Assembly (NCBI RefSeq): GCF_964188315.1 | Contig: NC_135661.1 | Span: 58,466,001-58,530,000, forward strand | Length of the DNA: 64,000 nt | Reading direction: 5' to 3' | Origin: Podarcis muralis | Lineage: Eukaryota | Shown: positions 10,708 through 23,800 of the stretch, piece after piece | How the letters are laid out: every line of letters starts with the position of its first letter | How positions within the stretch are numbered: position 1 is the stretch's first letter | The notes under the pieces: model-generated | The model's database searches: none | The model's input: only the letters and a program-made list of their open reading frames with translations | Told to the model about the DNA's origin: nothing | Made by a program: the position numbers and the translations under genes

Positions 10708-13570
10708 ATGGAGGAGTTTCTTCTCTCCCATGGTTACCAGATGGGTAAAACCATTGGAGAAGGGACATATTCAAAGGTCAAGGAAGCTTTTTCAAAAAAA
10801 CACCAACGAAAAGTGGCCGTGAAAATTATAGACAAAATGGGAGGACCAGAAGGTAAGAGCCAGGAAAAAGCATTAAGCACAAGACAGATAAGGTTCTGCC
10901 AGTTCACACACCTAAATCGAGGAACGAATAGGCCCAGTAGGTTGTATTTTCCTCCAGGGAGTTGGGATCCTCTGGTACAATTGCCTGCAATTGTCATTGA
11001 AACACTCTGCAAAAGCACTGCCATTCCTCTGAACGGAGACTGGGCTGTCTTTGCCGATGTGGCTGACTAGATTGTTCTACTACAACATGTAGCAAACTGC
11101 ATACTACTTTGCAGTTTGTCCTTTCTGCAGGTGCTTCACCAGAACATTTGGGGTGGGGTGGGGAGAAGAGGAAGTAAGGACAGTGAACCAAAGATCCCTA
11201 AGAGCAAGCAGGAACAGCCTACTCCTCTATCTAGTCTGGAAATACGGGGCCCCTTTAAACATTACTCTAGTTTTGTCCAAATTGCTTTTATGCAAGTGGT
11301 AAAAGGAACCACCAAAACAGCAGGGCTGATTATGCAGCAACCAACAAAGGAAGCTCCCCATGGGAAGACGTCTGAGGTTAGTCCTTGCCCATGGAGGTGG
11401 CATTGCTATTCAGCCTGTTGTGGACAGTTGGGAAGGGGGGGGGGTATCACAGCTCCAGCTTTTTGCTGGAGGGCCAAGTGGCACAGAGCAGCTTCCAACC
11501 AGCTAAAACAGGTACACTAGCTGTGGCTTTTTCTTGACACATAGAGCCTGGCCATAGTTATCCATGGTCTGGCATTCTCCTAGTTAGTAAGTGGGTTGTG
11601 TGGGGACCAGCTTTGAAGATTGCTTGGGAAGGACAGCTAGTTCCAGACACAGCTGCAAGCTTCCTCACTAGGATCAGGTATTGGAAACACATTTCACCAA
11701 TAATGGTCTCCACTAGCTCCTGGTGTGTTTTCAAGGGCAATTCTAGGTGCTAAGCTTTCAATCCATGGCTTATGATCTGGACGCCTGATGGAACATTCCA
11801 ACATTGACCAGTCCAAGCCCCAAAATCTTTGAAGGTCTTCCTCATTCTCTTGTCTGAGGGGTGCTGAGTGGCAATTAGGGAGAGGACTTTTTTGGTTGTA
11901 ACCCCTCTTTTCTCAGGGAAGCTTGCCCAGTACCTGCTTAGAGGTCTTTTAGGCACCAGGCAAACCCCTATTTATTTTCTCAAGCTTTTTAAAACTAGAT
12001 AGTTTTTAACATTCATTTCTACTGTACTGTTTTAGCATATTGAAAGTCAGCATATAAATGCTTTAATTGAACCATACCTCCACCTATGGTGGGGGTTGTA
12101 CTAGAGTGCAAGAATTTTGGGCAATGGTATTCAGAGAAATTGATAAGATTTTAAACTACCACTTTATCCCAACTTCTCAATTAGCCCTTTTATTTATATT
12201 TGCCCAGAGTGATAAAATTTGCATAATAAAGACTTGCTAGTACACCTGCTTATAGTAGCTAGAATGACTGTGGCACTGTTTTCAAATAATTGGGACAGAG
12301 CCAATCTTACTACTTGGTACACTGAAGTTTGGATATTGCCTGCTGGAAAAACTAATAAGCTATGAGTCCTTAGGGGCAAGAATGGATTTCATGCCTTCTT
12401 CGTCTGACTTTATTTCATTTGTAAGCAAGGAGGAACATGGCCAAGAAATCCCCCTCAGCCTATGAACTAATATGACTTATAGAGTATTCAAATGTCCTGA
12501 AACAAATGTAACAACTTTCCCTTGTATAATAGGGCACATATTTTGTAACTCTTTTTTTTTAACCATTACATCTATGCTGTAAATAGTTCCAGTTGCTACC
12601 TTCCACACATTCACATACCTGTGGTTTATTTATTATGGTTTATTTTATGTCTTTGTTTGACAATGAGCTATAATTGGTGATGGACTATGTATATTGTCAT
12701 CACGTCTTGTTTGAGAACTTCCCCGGTACTATCATGGTAATTAACAGAAACACATACCGTAATTTCCCTGGAGGGACTCCTGATTTAATTTTACCAGGAA
12801 TGTGTAAAAAAGCTCTTCTCCAGCCAGCTTAGTTGCTAGTTAGCTCCTTAGTTGCTAGATAGCTAGTTAGTTAGCTATCTTTGCTTACTCTGTCATTTCC
12901 CTCAGCAGAGTTTATCGAGAGGTTCCTGCCCAGAGAGCTCCAGATCGTCAAGCGCTTGGACCACAAGAACATCATCCGAGTGTACGAGATGCTGGAGTCA
13001 ACGGACGGGAAGATCTACCTGGTGATGGAACTAGCAGAGGATGGAGACGTGTTCGACTGTGTCCTGCAAGGGGGGCCCTTGCCTGAGAGCCGGGCCAAAT
13101 CGCTCTTCCGCCAGCTGGTGGAGGCAATCCGCTACTGCCACAGCTGTGGCGTGGCGCACCGTGACCTCAAGTGTGAGAATGCGCTCCTGCAGGGTTTCAA
13201 CCTGAAACTGACCGATTTCGGATTTGCCAAGCTGCTCCCCAAAAACCGGAAGGAGCTGAGCCAGACATTCTGTGGCAGCACAGCCTACGCAGCCCCCGAG
13301 GTGCTGCAGGGCGTGCCCCACGACAGCCGGAAAGGTGACATTTGGAGCATGGGCGTGGTTCTCTACGTCATGCTCTGTGCAAACCTGCCCTTCGACGACA
13401 CAGATATCCCCAAGATGCTGTGCCACCAGCAGAAGGGGGTCTCCATTCCTGGCCACTTGGGGATTTCCGAGGAATGCCAGGACCTCCTCAAAAGCCTGTT
13501 GGAACCGGACATGATCCTGAGACCTTCCATCGAAGAAGTGAGTTGGCACCCATGGTTAGCAAGCTCCTGA
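10708..13570 (+). CDS. TSSK3: Testis-specific serine/threonine kinase 3, 268 aa, 2 exons (10708-10852, 12909-13570)
   Basis: MEEFLLSHGYQMGKTIGEGTYSKVKEAFSKKHQRKVAVKIIDKMGGPE|EFIERFLPRELQIV..HRDLKCEN..DFG..GSTAYAAPE..WHPWLASS*. Phase-1 intron G|gtaaga ... cag|AG. All kinase motifs intact. An in-frame upstream ATG at 10681 would add 9 aa. Confidence 0.97.
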
Positions 13571-13599
13571 GAAAAGGACCGTGTCAAAAACTCTCCCCA

Positions 13600-13605
13600 A
13601 ATAAA
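13600..13605 (+). terminator. Candidate poly(A) signal of TSSK3
   Basis: AATAAA 30 nt after the stop codon. Confidence 0.55.
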
Positions 13606-13775
13606 AGGGGACAGGCTGTTTCCAAAATGCTCACATATATTTTAACGTTATGCTCAGTTTCTGGTCTATCCTTGCCCAATTCTTTGCACACTTCCCCCTC
13701 TCACTGGGCAAATTTGAAGTGGCCCCGGCCTCCAGAGATATATGAACAAGAGCAGAGAGGTGTGTCTTCCCTTGC

Positions 13776-13778
<3 letters not shown>

Positions 13779-13813
<35 letters not shown>
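13779..13813. repeat. (TC)n microsatellite
   Basis: About 17 TC units. Confidence 0.95.
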
Positions 13814-13816
<3 letters not shown>

Positions 13817-14694
13817 ATCCAAAGCTGCCTCCAATACAGACCAAGGGCATGTGTGATGACTCTTAAGGAGGGCAATTGGCTCCTCCCCAGCTGCCTCTTA
13901 AAGGCACTGTTTTCAGTGGGCATCCCACAGGAGTACTTGCTACTTTGCAAAAAATATTCCATGTCAAATATAAAACCCTAAGAAGCTGTCTTATACTGAC
14001 CAATCAATCCATCTAGCTCAGCATTTTCAGCTCCAGCCTAAAAGAAGAGGTAAAAAGCTCCAGCCTACACCAACCTGGTGCTATGAAAATGTTTTAGACT
14101 AAACAAAGGCAGGGCAGCAGGTTGGCAAAGGCTGCTCTAACTGACAGGGAGGTTTTCCCCAGGCTGATACCTCAAGAGCATTTTAACTGGAGGCCTCAGG
14201 CACGTAGAGCACAGGGTCTGCTGAGTGACAGCCCATCCTTCCATAGGTGATAGATATATCTAACAAGCTTCTGCAATCTCTTTGGCTACGAGTGGGAAAA
14301 GAGCAAAACAAGGCAACTAGAGCACTTGCAGCCAGAGGCCAAGCAGGGGCTGTGGATTACTTGCTCCCAAGAGTGCTCTTTCTCCCTTTTCATGAAGGCC
14401 CCAAGGAAGGAACTTTCCAAACAGAATCTGAAGGAAGCAGCTGTTTTTATTTTTGTCATGGTGGACCTAGAGCTGGGGCGGGGGGGGGGGGGAGGGAGGG
14501 ATCCCACTGCCACTCCCACATTCTCTCTCCTCTTCAGCCACCCCTAAACACCTTGCCCTTCAGACTAGAGGGTACAGATCCTTCACCCTCCCATCCCACC
14601 ATATCTTCCAAGAGTATAGCAGCTAGTTGTAACCCCTATTCTGGCAATACAGCCTGTCTTGTTGTGTGTTATTTGGCATCTCTGAAAGGAAGAG

Positions 14695-14876
14695 AATCAT
14701 AGAACGGCAGAGTTGGAAGAGACCCCAAGGGTCATCTAGTCCAACCTACAATGCAGGAATCAAAGCTAACAAATCTCTGGCAGGTGGGCAGCCAACCTCG
14801 GTTGAAAAACCACCACCTTCCGAAGTTGTTGATTCCACTGTCAAACAGTTATCAGCGTCAGAAAGTTCTTCCTAAG
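14695..14876 (-). mobile_element. CR1 LINE 3' fragment
   Basis: AATCATAGAA..GAGTTGGAAGAGACC..GTCATCTAGTCCAAC..TTCCACTGTC..GAAAGTTCTTCCTAA, similar to the 3' end of the CR1 at 32031. Confidence 0.75.
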
Positions 14877-17800
14877 ACTTTGAATCTGAACTGAATTTGA
14901 AAAAACACACACTTCCCAGACTATGGCTGCTACACCTACTTGCACAACAGGGTTGGCTGGGGGGGGGGGGGGGAGTCAAGAAACCAATATCACCAGGCCA
15001 TTTCTGTAGAACTCTTTTAATTGCTGTTAACGGCAAGTCTGTAAAAGGTTCAGGAGAAAGTCATCATTACAAAACTAAACAGCTGTTAGAGTCACTTCTT
15101 CACCCCAGCTAGAAAACAGTCCAGGGAGTTGCAGTATAATTTAAAAATGAGAGAATATTGCACAACCAAGAGAGAAGAAAATCAACTATGGAGAATTATG
15201 ATGAAATCAGAGCCTCAGTGCTTTTCCCCAACCCTAATTGGGAATGAGCCTCGTCCCCTTGGCAGGCTACCTCCTTGAAACAGAATCTGGCTCTATACTA
15301 CCATGCTTTGCCCCATCATCACACAGACACATCTAAAATAGCAAGCTGACCCAGGAGCCACAGATGTCCCTTGACAACCACCATCCTTCTCGGACACTTG
15401 GGTTTGGGCTCTTCTAGGCAGATGTCACACCACTGATTCCTGGCACCCCTATGCTCTGCTAAACTCAATGCGATCCAGTCTTCAAGGGGATATAGAACAT
15501 AGCTCATTTTCTAAACTATCTTCGTGTCCCGTGGCTTAGCCAGGCCCTCATATGGATGATTAAGACACATCCAAAAGCAGCCCCCTCAAGACTGTGGTGG
15601 AGCTCGTACCTGCAAATGCAGGGAACATTCATTTTTGCACTATGCTGGAGAAGGGCAGTGGGGCACATGCTACCCTGCCCCCCAAAAATCTATCCTGTTT
15701 TTGATCACAGGAACAGAAGTGGCCTTATACCAGCAACTCAGGCAGAAGGTCAAACCCCCCTCCTGCTGCTACATGATCTTTCCAAAGGGAGATGGCAGGG
15801 ACTGAGACAGGGATGCAGCATGAATGTATGTGCTCTACCACTGATCCCCATTTCAGAAGCAACAGCTCATGTGGACCGAGGACAAACACAAGAAGAAATA
15901 CTGTGAACAAAGCAACCAAGAAACTTGGGTGCTTCACTCTCCTTAATCTGCTTTTAGGGTTGACTCTGTTGCTAGTTTCCCCCAAATGGGGGTTCATTTA
16001 CATGGGCTGGCTCATACAGGAGCCTGCAAACATGTCTCCACACCATCAGAAGCCTCTAGGAGAGGTGACTGTAGCAGCTATAAATTCTGACAGCTACTAA
16101 GCGACCCATGGAGAGCCTCCTTCCAGCTCTCGCACAGCACTGCTGCGTGCTCAGTTGCTTATTTTCCTTTTGGCAGTGTTTGGCTTCCAATAGGAGCAGG
16201 AAAGAGAAATAAGTAGCAGGAACTTTCTTAATCCTGTCTGGTACTCTTAAGAAGCCAAGCACTGTTGAGAAGATGAATGAATGAGCAGCAGCACTGTGAG
16301 AAGGCTGGAAGGGAGTCGCCTTTGGATGGCTCTGGCAAATATCAGATGCTTCTGAAGGCTCAACCACAGGGGCTCTGGTATGAAAGCAGCCTAGGAACCC
16401 CCCCCCCCAGGTATATTGCATCACTGGGGAGGAACATAAGCACATTTCCTGTCACAGCTGTATGCATCAGAGAGATGCTGAACCTCTGCACAACTCCCAT
16501 TTGTTTCAACGGAGTTTGTGCACGAGAACTTCCTAATGGAGAGGAAGCCCATTTCCATTTTGGACCCATTTTAGAAAAGCATGAACAGAGCTAATCAGTT
16601 CTGAGGTCAGAGATGCTCAAGTAGTTACATACGCTTTCGACTCAACTATGTTGTGGCAAGGAGCATATCAGGAAAAGGGGGGATCGCACCAAAAGGAAAC
16701 AGATCTGCCTAGAGAAGGTCAGAGGGATGTGGGCAAGGAAGGAACACAGCCTTGTAGGCAGTTGTAGCTCTTGGCAAGGTTGGGGAGCAGGAGAGACCTC
16801 TCCCCGGGGATGGGGTTTTTCCAGAGGCTCACTACATACTAGCCTTCACTAGGTTGGCAAAGGCTGACATAGACAGAGATTGACAAATGCATCAGCCCAA
16901 GTGGGGGCGGGAAAGAGGGGCGTGAGGCTTTGGCAAATGCTGGTCCTTCAACACTGACCGTCAGTGCTTCTCAGGGATGCCTAATAGCAAGGCCACCAGC
17001 AGAGGAGCTGCACTTGCACCATTCAGCAGCTCCACAGAAACTCACACCCAGCCCTTTTCAAAGAAGGTCTCAGCAGCACAACCCAGCAGGAACATCTCCT
17101 TCCACTTGCATTCAATTCAGGGGAGCTTGTGCAGCAGATGCTCCCGCTAGTGTCACGTGCTGCTAAGCAAGGATTCGGCTTAAGATTTCATTTTTATTTT
17201 TTAAAAAGTGCTTCAAGTCCCAGAAAAGCAGAGAAGGAGCAGTTCAGGAGGGATAGGTAAGGATGAGAGGACTCTCCCAGCTTTTCAATGTCCTGGCTTC
17301 CTATCAGGCAGTGCAAGATGCTAAGGGAAATGGGTAGGAGCAATCAGACACCATGCTAGAGGGGTTGTCTTCTCCTTCTCTAAAAGCTTATTGGGTTTCA
17401 TGAAAACACTCACACAGAAGGAGGCACAGCTAGGAAGTGGCCGGCCTAATGAAGAACAGGCATAATAATCCTAATTATCTTCTAGAGCCCAGTCAGACTC
17501 ACCTCACACCCACCCCAAACCACCATCAACTGACACCCACCTCAAACCGTGCCCTCCCCAAAGGAAAATAAATCCACACTGAGACAGCTCTGAGAAGCAA
17601 TAGTCCAGAGGACCTACTGGGAAGATGCACCTATCCCTGTGCCCCACTCCCTCTGCCGAGGCTCTTCAGCAGCCCCACATGATACCAGCCACCACCAGGA
17701 TCCAAGTGTGGGTTATGGTCCAAGGTCCCCAACAGGATTTCAGCAGAGATGAGATGCAGCCAGCCCGGAACACATTTACACAGGAAAAAGGAACCGGTTG

Positions 17801-17890
17801 CTCTGTGGTTTAATTCACATTGGATGGTGCGGAGGGGGGAAGGGGGTGGGGGAAGATACCAAGATGCACCACAGAAGTGACGGCCCCATG

Positions 17891-20800
17891 TTATTCCCAG
17901 TCTTCCCATTCTTCATCTTCCATCTGCAGTAGGAGAGGGAGGGAGCGCAAGAAGAAAGGTGTTTTAAGGTAGGATGTTACAAAGAGACAAAGAGCAAGCA
18001 CTGACCGAGGTCACACAATGATTGTGCACAGGATTACACCAAGAGCTACCAGCAAATTAAAGCATTTTAAGTTGATTGATCCTTTGCCTTGCAAAGAACC
18101 AACCAAGCAATCCAGTCTATGTGCTGCTGAAACATTATTAAAACCTGAGACCAGAAGCCATATATACAGTTGCAATCAAAATTATTCAACCCCTATTGCA
18201 AATCAGGTTTATTATCAAAATTTTACACTTTCAGCTGTTGGCAATGAGGAAATCAAACAAATACAATTGAAATAACTCAACCCAATGGATACTTCAAGCG
18301 GTTTCCCCAAATTCAGCTAAAATAGATGTGGCCTTGAAGATACAAGTGATTGGATCCCAGTCAGCCGTCTTGCCAGAGAGAACTAAAGCATTAAGATAGT
18401 CCTCCTCTTCCTCCCCCTCAGTGCCTGGCTGCTCCTCTTCTACAAAAGAGCAGGCGTGGCATTTTTCTGAAGCACAAGGACATGCCTGTGTCCAACACAA
18501 GTCATGTACATGTTGGTGTCACAAAGGTGTGAGCAACAAAATAAAGAAAAATAAGGTCCTCATTGTCTCTTCTGAAAGCCCTCTTAAGCCTGCAACCCTA
18601 CAACCCTTTCCCGGGAGTAAGCCAGTGACCAAACAGCAGCCTTTTTTCAAAAGGCCTTTGTAGTATGTTCTGCCACCATCCCAAGAACCCCAGGGACAGT
18701 CTTCTGGACCTGCCTGCCTGCAAGGACTCACCTCCCCAGAGATGTCCACCTTGGAGAGGGCCAACTGCACCTCTTCTTCAGTCATGTCCAGGTCAAAGTC
18801 CTTTTCCCAATCCTCACTAATATCTGTGCTGGAGCCTGAAATGAAAAGAACAACAGAGGCATCCCGTGCTCAAGGCTTTTGATGTACCACAAATGCCACA
18901 GCAGCTAGTAAATCACTAAACAACAACCAATGCACTCAAGGCTGTGCGGCATCCACACCTTTGTAGCCAGACCACACCAACATGGAAATGGGTGCCGTTC
19001 CACAGCTGTCAAGGCTCAAGAGGGGCTTGCAAATGGGTAACTTTCCACATGCTAATGCACATTTACAGAGGGCTGAGGTTTGGCTCACTGAGCACTGTCC
19101 AGGCTACCCACCTTTCTTCCCATTGTTGGAAGGAGTGGATTTCCCACTGTCGGAGTTGAGTTCAAAGAGTCGCAGATCCATCGGCCCGTCCTCTCGCAGA
19201 GTCTCTGTCCTGCTCACTGGCTTGGCCTCCACTTGCTCCTTGGGTTGCTCTGGGGAAGGCTTTGCTTCTGGAGCAGCTGGGGAAGGATGTGCAGGCTCCA
19301 CGGGCTTTGCGAGTGAGGTCTGCTCCTCTGCGGTAGCTTCCTGCAGCCTCTGAGAGATGTCCCCTGCCCCAGAGAGCTGGGCTCCAGTCTGTAAGGGCAC
19401 AGCAGGTGAAGCAGCAGGTGCAGCAGCAGCAGCAGCAGTAGCAGCAGGGTTTGCAACCTGAGTCACCAAAGAAATGCTTTCGCTGCTTTCAGATGGAGTC
19501 ACCTCTGCCGGGGCAGTGCTCAGCATAGCCCAGCTTTCCACCGATGCCTCTAGGGTCGGAGTGAGCACTGCTGCAGAGGTGGGGGAAGCTGGCTTCACCT
19601 CTTGGGGAGATTGCGAGCAGACGTTAGACTGGGAGGAGGATGACCCAAGGAATTCCTCTGCGGTAGAAGAGGTGAGAGAGTGAGGCAAAACGGGTGAGAA
19701 AATGTGTCACTGGTGACATTCATAAGCAGGGGGAAATGAGCAGTGGGAAACAAGCAGGGGGAAATTCTTGCTTTCCCCTCTGACTTGGTAAGGGAAAGAC
19801 TGAACAGGAAGTTTTCCTAACAGCCTTCTGAATACTAATAATGCCAGGAGTTTCCCTCCAAAGAGAAGGTTTCTCTCCCCTGCCCTTCTCTTTTGTACTT
19901 CCTGGCGTGTTATTTCTTAGCAATGAGGGCACTACCATGCAATAAGCCATTTAATTTCCCCCTGCCAGGATGCCTGCAATTTTTTCTCCCAAACTTTAAA
20001 AATGTCCAAAAATTGTAACACTGCTAAGCAAAACAGCAACTAAGATTTTTTTGTGCAATAAGACAAGCAAAAACTTCATCTGGATTCATTAGTGAAACCT
20101 CAGGTGAGGGCCCCGTCTTTATATATATGCGTGGCTTATGTTACTCTGTACACAAATAGGGCTACATTAACCATCAAGGCAGACTAACCTGGGAATCCCC
20201 AAACAGAAACAGAGGAGGATGGGCAACTTGCCTAGAAAAACCCACGCTTGCACTGCAACCCAGAACAAAACTTTAGGGGGCTAGAGCATGTTTGCAGACT
20301 CCATCAGGAAAGGAGCAAATAGTGGCCCTAACCATGTTTAAATAGCCAAAACAAGCCCAGCTGCTAAGGAGGCAGCCAATATTGCAACTTTCGGCCCAAT
20401 GAAAACACACCAACTCCAAATCTGTCTCCAGGAAGATTTCAAAATGCTGGTTCTCAACTATGTGGAGGCCTGAATGACCTGGGAACTGGTTACCTGAAGA
20501 ACTGTCACCTGTCAAATAGATCTGCTCATGTCCTGAATTCATCAGCTGAGGCCTTGCTTCAATTAACTACACCTTCAGGGGTTAGACAGGTGGCTACCAA
20601 AGACAAGACCTTTTCTAGCATTGCACCAAAATGATGGAAGGCCCTTCCCCTTTACTATTCTTTTAGGCACCAAGTGAATTCTTCTCTATTGTCCCAATTT
20701 CTGGAGATAAAAAGCATGAGTGGTTTAGTCATTGTATTTGTTCTCAAGGCAGATGCTCTTCTGATGTTGATCTGAGTTTTATTTTGTATTTTATCCTTGC

Positions 20801-23800
20801 ATGGTTTTAATTTGGCATGGAAGTTGCCCCAAAAGGTATTAGTGGAAAGATGCAGTAGGCATCATTTCAATAAATAAATTGTGCATAAAGTGCAGGAATC
20901 TATAAACAAAAGGGCCAGAAGACCCCTCCAGGCATCTTGCCCAGCTGGGAAGCAATTTCTGTTCACTAACCTTCTTCCTCTTCCCAGCCTGGCTCCTCTG
21001 AATGAACACTTTGTTCTGCCCGCTGCTTCAAAACCTCTCTCCGGACCTCCTCCTGGGACAGAAAGGAATTCAGATGGCTGTCAGAAGTTGTTCACCTGCT
21101 GACCAGGGAGAGGGCACAAGACTACCCCTGCAGGCAGAGTTCAAGAGCTCATACTCCTGGGTGAGAAAAGATTTCTGACAGCTGAACATGGGAAGGAAGG
21201 TGGCAAGCAAGGGGAAGAGAGGAAATACTTATAGAGCTAAATCAAAGGGAGATGCCCAAGAGTAGGACAGAAGCTTCTGGGGCCAGGCCTCAAGGCAAGC
21301 CCTCAATCCCCTGGAAGGTACTATGGGAAGTCCTCACTTGAGCATCAGAACAGATCAACAGGAACCCCATAGGCCTGAGCGTAAACCCTCATCTGCAGGT
21401 TTACCAGTTGGTGTTCATTGCTCATGATTCTGGCAGGCTGACAAGACTTGGGCTAACAAAGGCTTGACTTTAAAATGTCTTGGCACAAGCAAAGAGTTTC
21501 CTGCTAACAAACAATCCCTCACCATACAAAACAGCCACTCCTTCCACTTCTCCTTAGTTCAAGCTGCACTTTGCATCTAGACTTCCAAGTCATTTGAAAT
21601 GTGACCACATATGCCGCCTTACCACTTGCATGCTTGATTCTTCCAACTGCTCCAGTCTCTTCATAAGGGCATGATTCCTGTAGTCTGAAGCAGCGGCACT
21701 CTCTTACCACTTCCCACCCCCCAAACTGAGTAGGCCAGAATCTCAAAGAATTCTACAAGCCTAGGACATTTCCAAGGGTTCTGCTGTTCCACAGTGCAAC
21801 TGAATGCTAAGTGACACACTGTCTGATTCAGGAAAAAAGACAGGAAGGGCTTGGCAAGCAAGCTGCATTAAGGGATGAGGTAGAAGCCACTCTGTGTGCC
21901 CACAGGTGCACATGAGAAAGACCTATAAGCATCTTTCCCTGAACTTAGAGCCTCTCTCTGGAAATGTGACTTAGAAGAAAGAAACTGTTGCACCCTCCTT
22001 CAGACACCCTTGTGTTGCCCCTTACTGCATCCTGCAATCCTGCAATAGAGAAAAACTGACTCTGTCTCAGTCTCTCCCAGAGATAACCTCTACAAACTCA
22101 CCTGCTCCAGCTGATGGACTTTGTAGAAGTAGCGTTGCCAGAATTCAGAATGGGACACAGCCACTGGCACCTGATGTCAATAGAAGGAAACAGAAGAATG
22201 AACAGGGATGCAGTGGATACAATTGTCTTAAACCAGAATCACATTATGGGAGTACACACAACCCCCTCATAGGTTCACCCAGGAGAGCAAGGCAGTTGTG
22301 GGGTTGCACTCCATAGCCCCATCAACACCAAGTGTGAGACAGGCCCTGCATGCATATACAGAGACTCCTCCACACTGGGGGGACTCTAATAAGACAGACT
22401 GCATGGCTGAATGTGTGTAGGGAATTATCCGTAGAGAGATTACGTCTGTAAGAGGTAAGAGAAGAAACCCCTAGATTTTAAGACACTGCTGCTCCCTAGA
22501 ATCTTCTGTTAGGAACCAAATTTCCTGCATTCAAAAGCATTACACAGGAATTGCAATGGACATGTTCTGGAGCCCTGCCTCTTTCTTCAGAATAGAGAAC
22601 AGCACCACCCCACAGATAAATGTGAGCAGCTAACTTCTAGAGCAACTGTTTGAAAACAAGACCCAGAAGATCAAGGGACTAAGCCACACTGCACCACCTT
22701 ACCATCTTGGAGTAGAGAGAGCGGATGGAAGGGCTGTTCACCAGCAACTCCGAGATCTCCCCTTTCTTCTCCTCTAGGTTGAAGTGCAATAGCCAGGCCT
22801 CAAAGAGCTGAGAGGGTCCTGCAGAGGATGGAAGAAACACCACCATAGCACAGCGGAAGTGGTACAATCAGCTTCCATACCTGAGGACTGGAAAGTGACC
22901 AACGTAACACCAATTTTTGAAAAGGGATCCAAGGGGGATCCTGGAAAATTGCAGTCTGGTTAGCTTAACATCTTTCCCAGGAAGACTGGTGGAAAGTATT
23001 GTTAAAGAAATCTGGAAGGTGGCAACACGAGCATGGGCCTGTCATGGCTCCCTGTTTCTGGAATGCCCTCTCCAAGGAGGCTTGCCTGGCACCTTCATTA
23101 CATTATCTTTAGGTGCCAGGTAAAAACATTTCTCTTCAACTAGGCATTTGGCTGATTATTATTCTATGACTTTTTAAATGTGTTTGTTGGTTGTATTATG
23201 TATTTTGCGTTTTCATTTTGTATCGTGTTATGAACTGCCCTGTGACCTTCAGAGGAAGGGCTGTACACAAACCTAATAAATAAATAACAAAATTATGCAT
23301 GGTGCGCAGAAAGTGGACAGAGAAAGGTCTTTGTCCCTCTCTCATAACTCTAGAACTCAGGGACCTTCGATGAAGCTGAATGTTAGAAGATTCAGGACAA
23401 ACAAAAGTACTTTTCCAAAAAGCATATATAAAATTCGCTCCCCCAAGAGGCAGTGATGGCTCTTGGATGGCTTTAAAAGAGGATCACACAAATTCATGGA
23501 TAAAGCCCACAACAGCTACTAACCAAGATGGCCATGTTCTACCTCCACTGCTGGAGGCAGTATACTTCTGAATACCAGTTACTGGAAAACACTGGAGGGG
23601 AGAGTGCTGTTGCACTCAAGTCTGTCTTGCTTGTATGCTTCCTACAGCCATCTGTTCTGTCACTGTGAGAACAAGATGCCGCATCAGATGGGCAACTGGC
23701 CTGATCCAGCAGGCTCTTATGTTCTTAAATGGCCAAAGTTTGTTGGACAACAAACCAAAACCAGCACTACACCATGACAGACTGCAGTCGCTCAAGGAGG

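Noticed and set aside
12823-12877. TTAGTTGCTAG/TAGC low-complexity run upstream of the TSSK3 exon 2 acceptor
   Set aside because: Ends about 30 nt before the acceptor, leaving a normal pyrimidine tract; no evidence of function.
18519-18731. 70-codon open frame reading through the BSDC1 exon 10 donor
   Set aside because: The donor GAG|GTGAGT is consensus and a proper exon 11 exists; intron retention cannot be supported from sequence alone.
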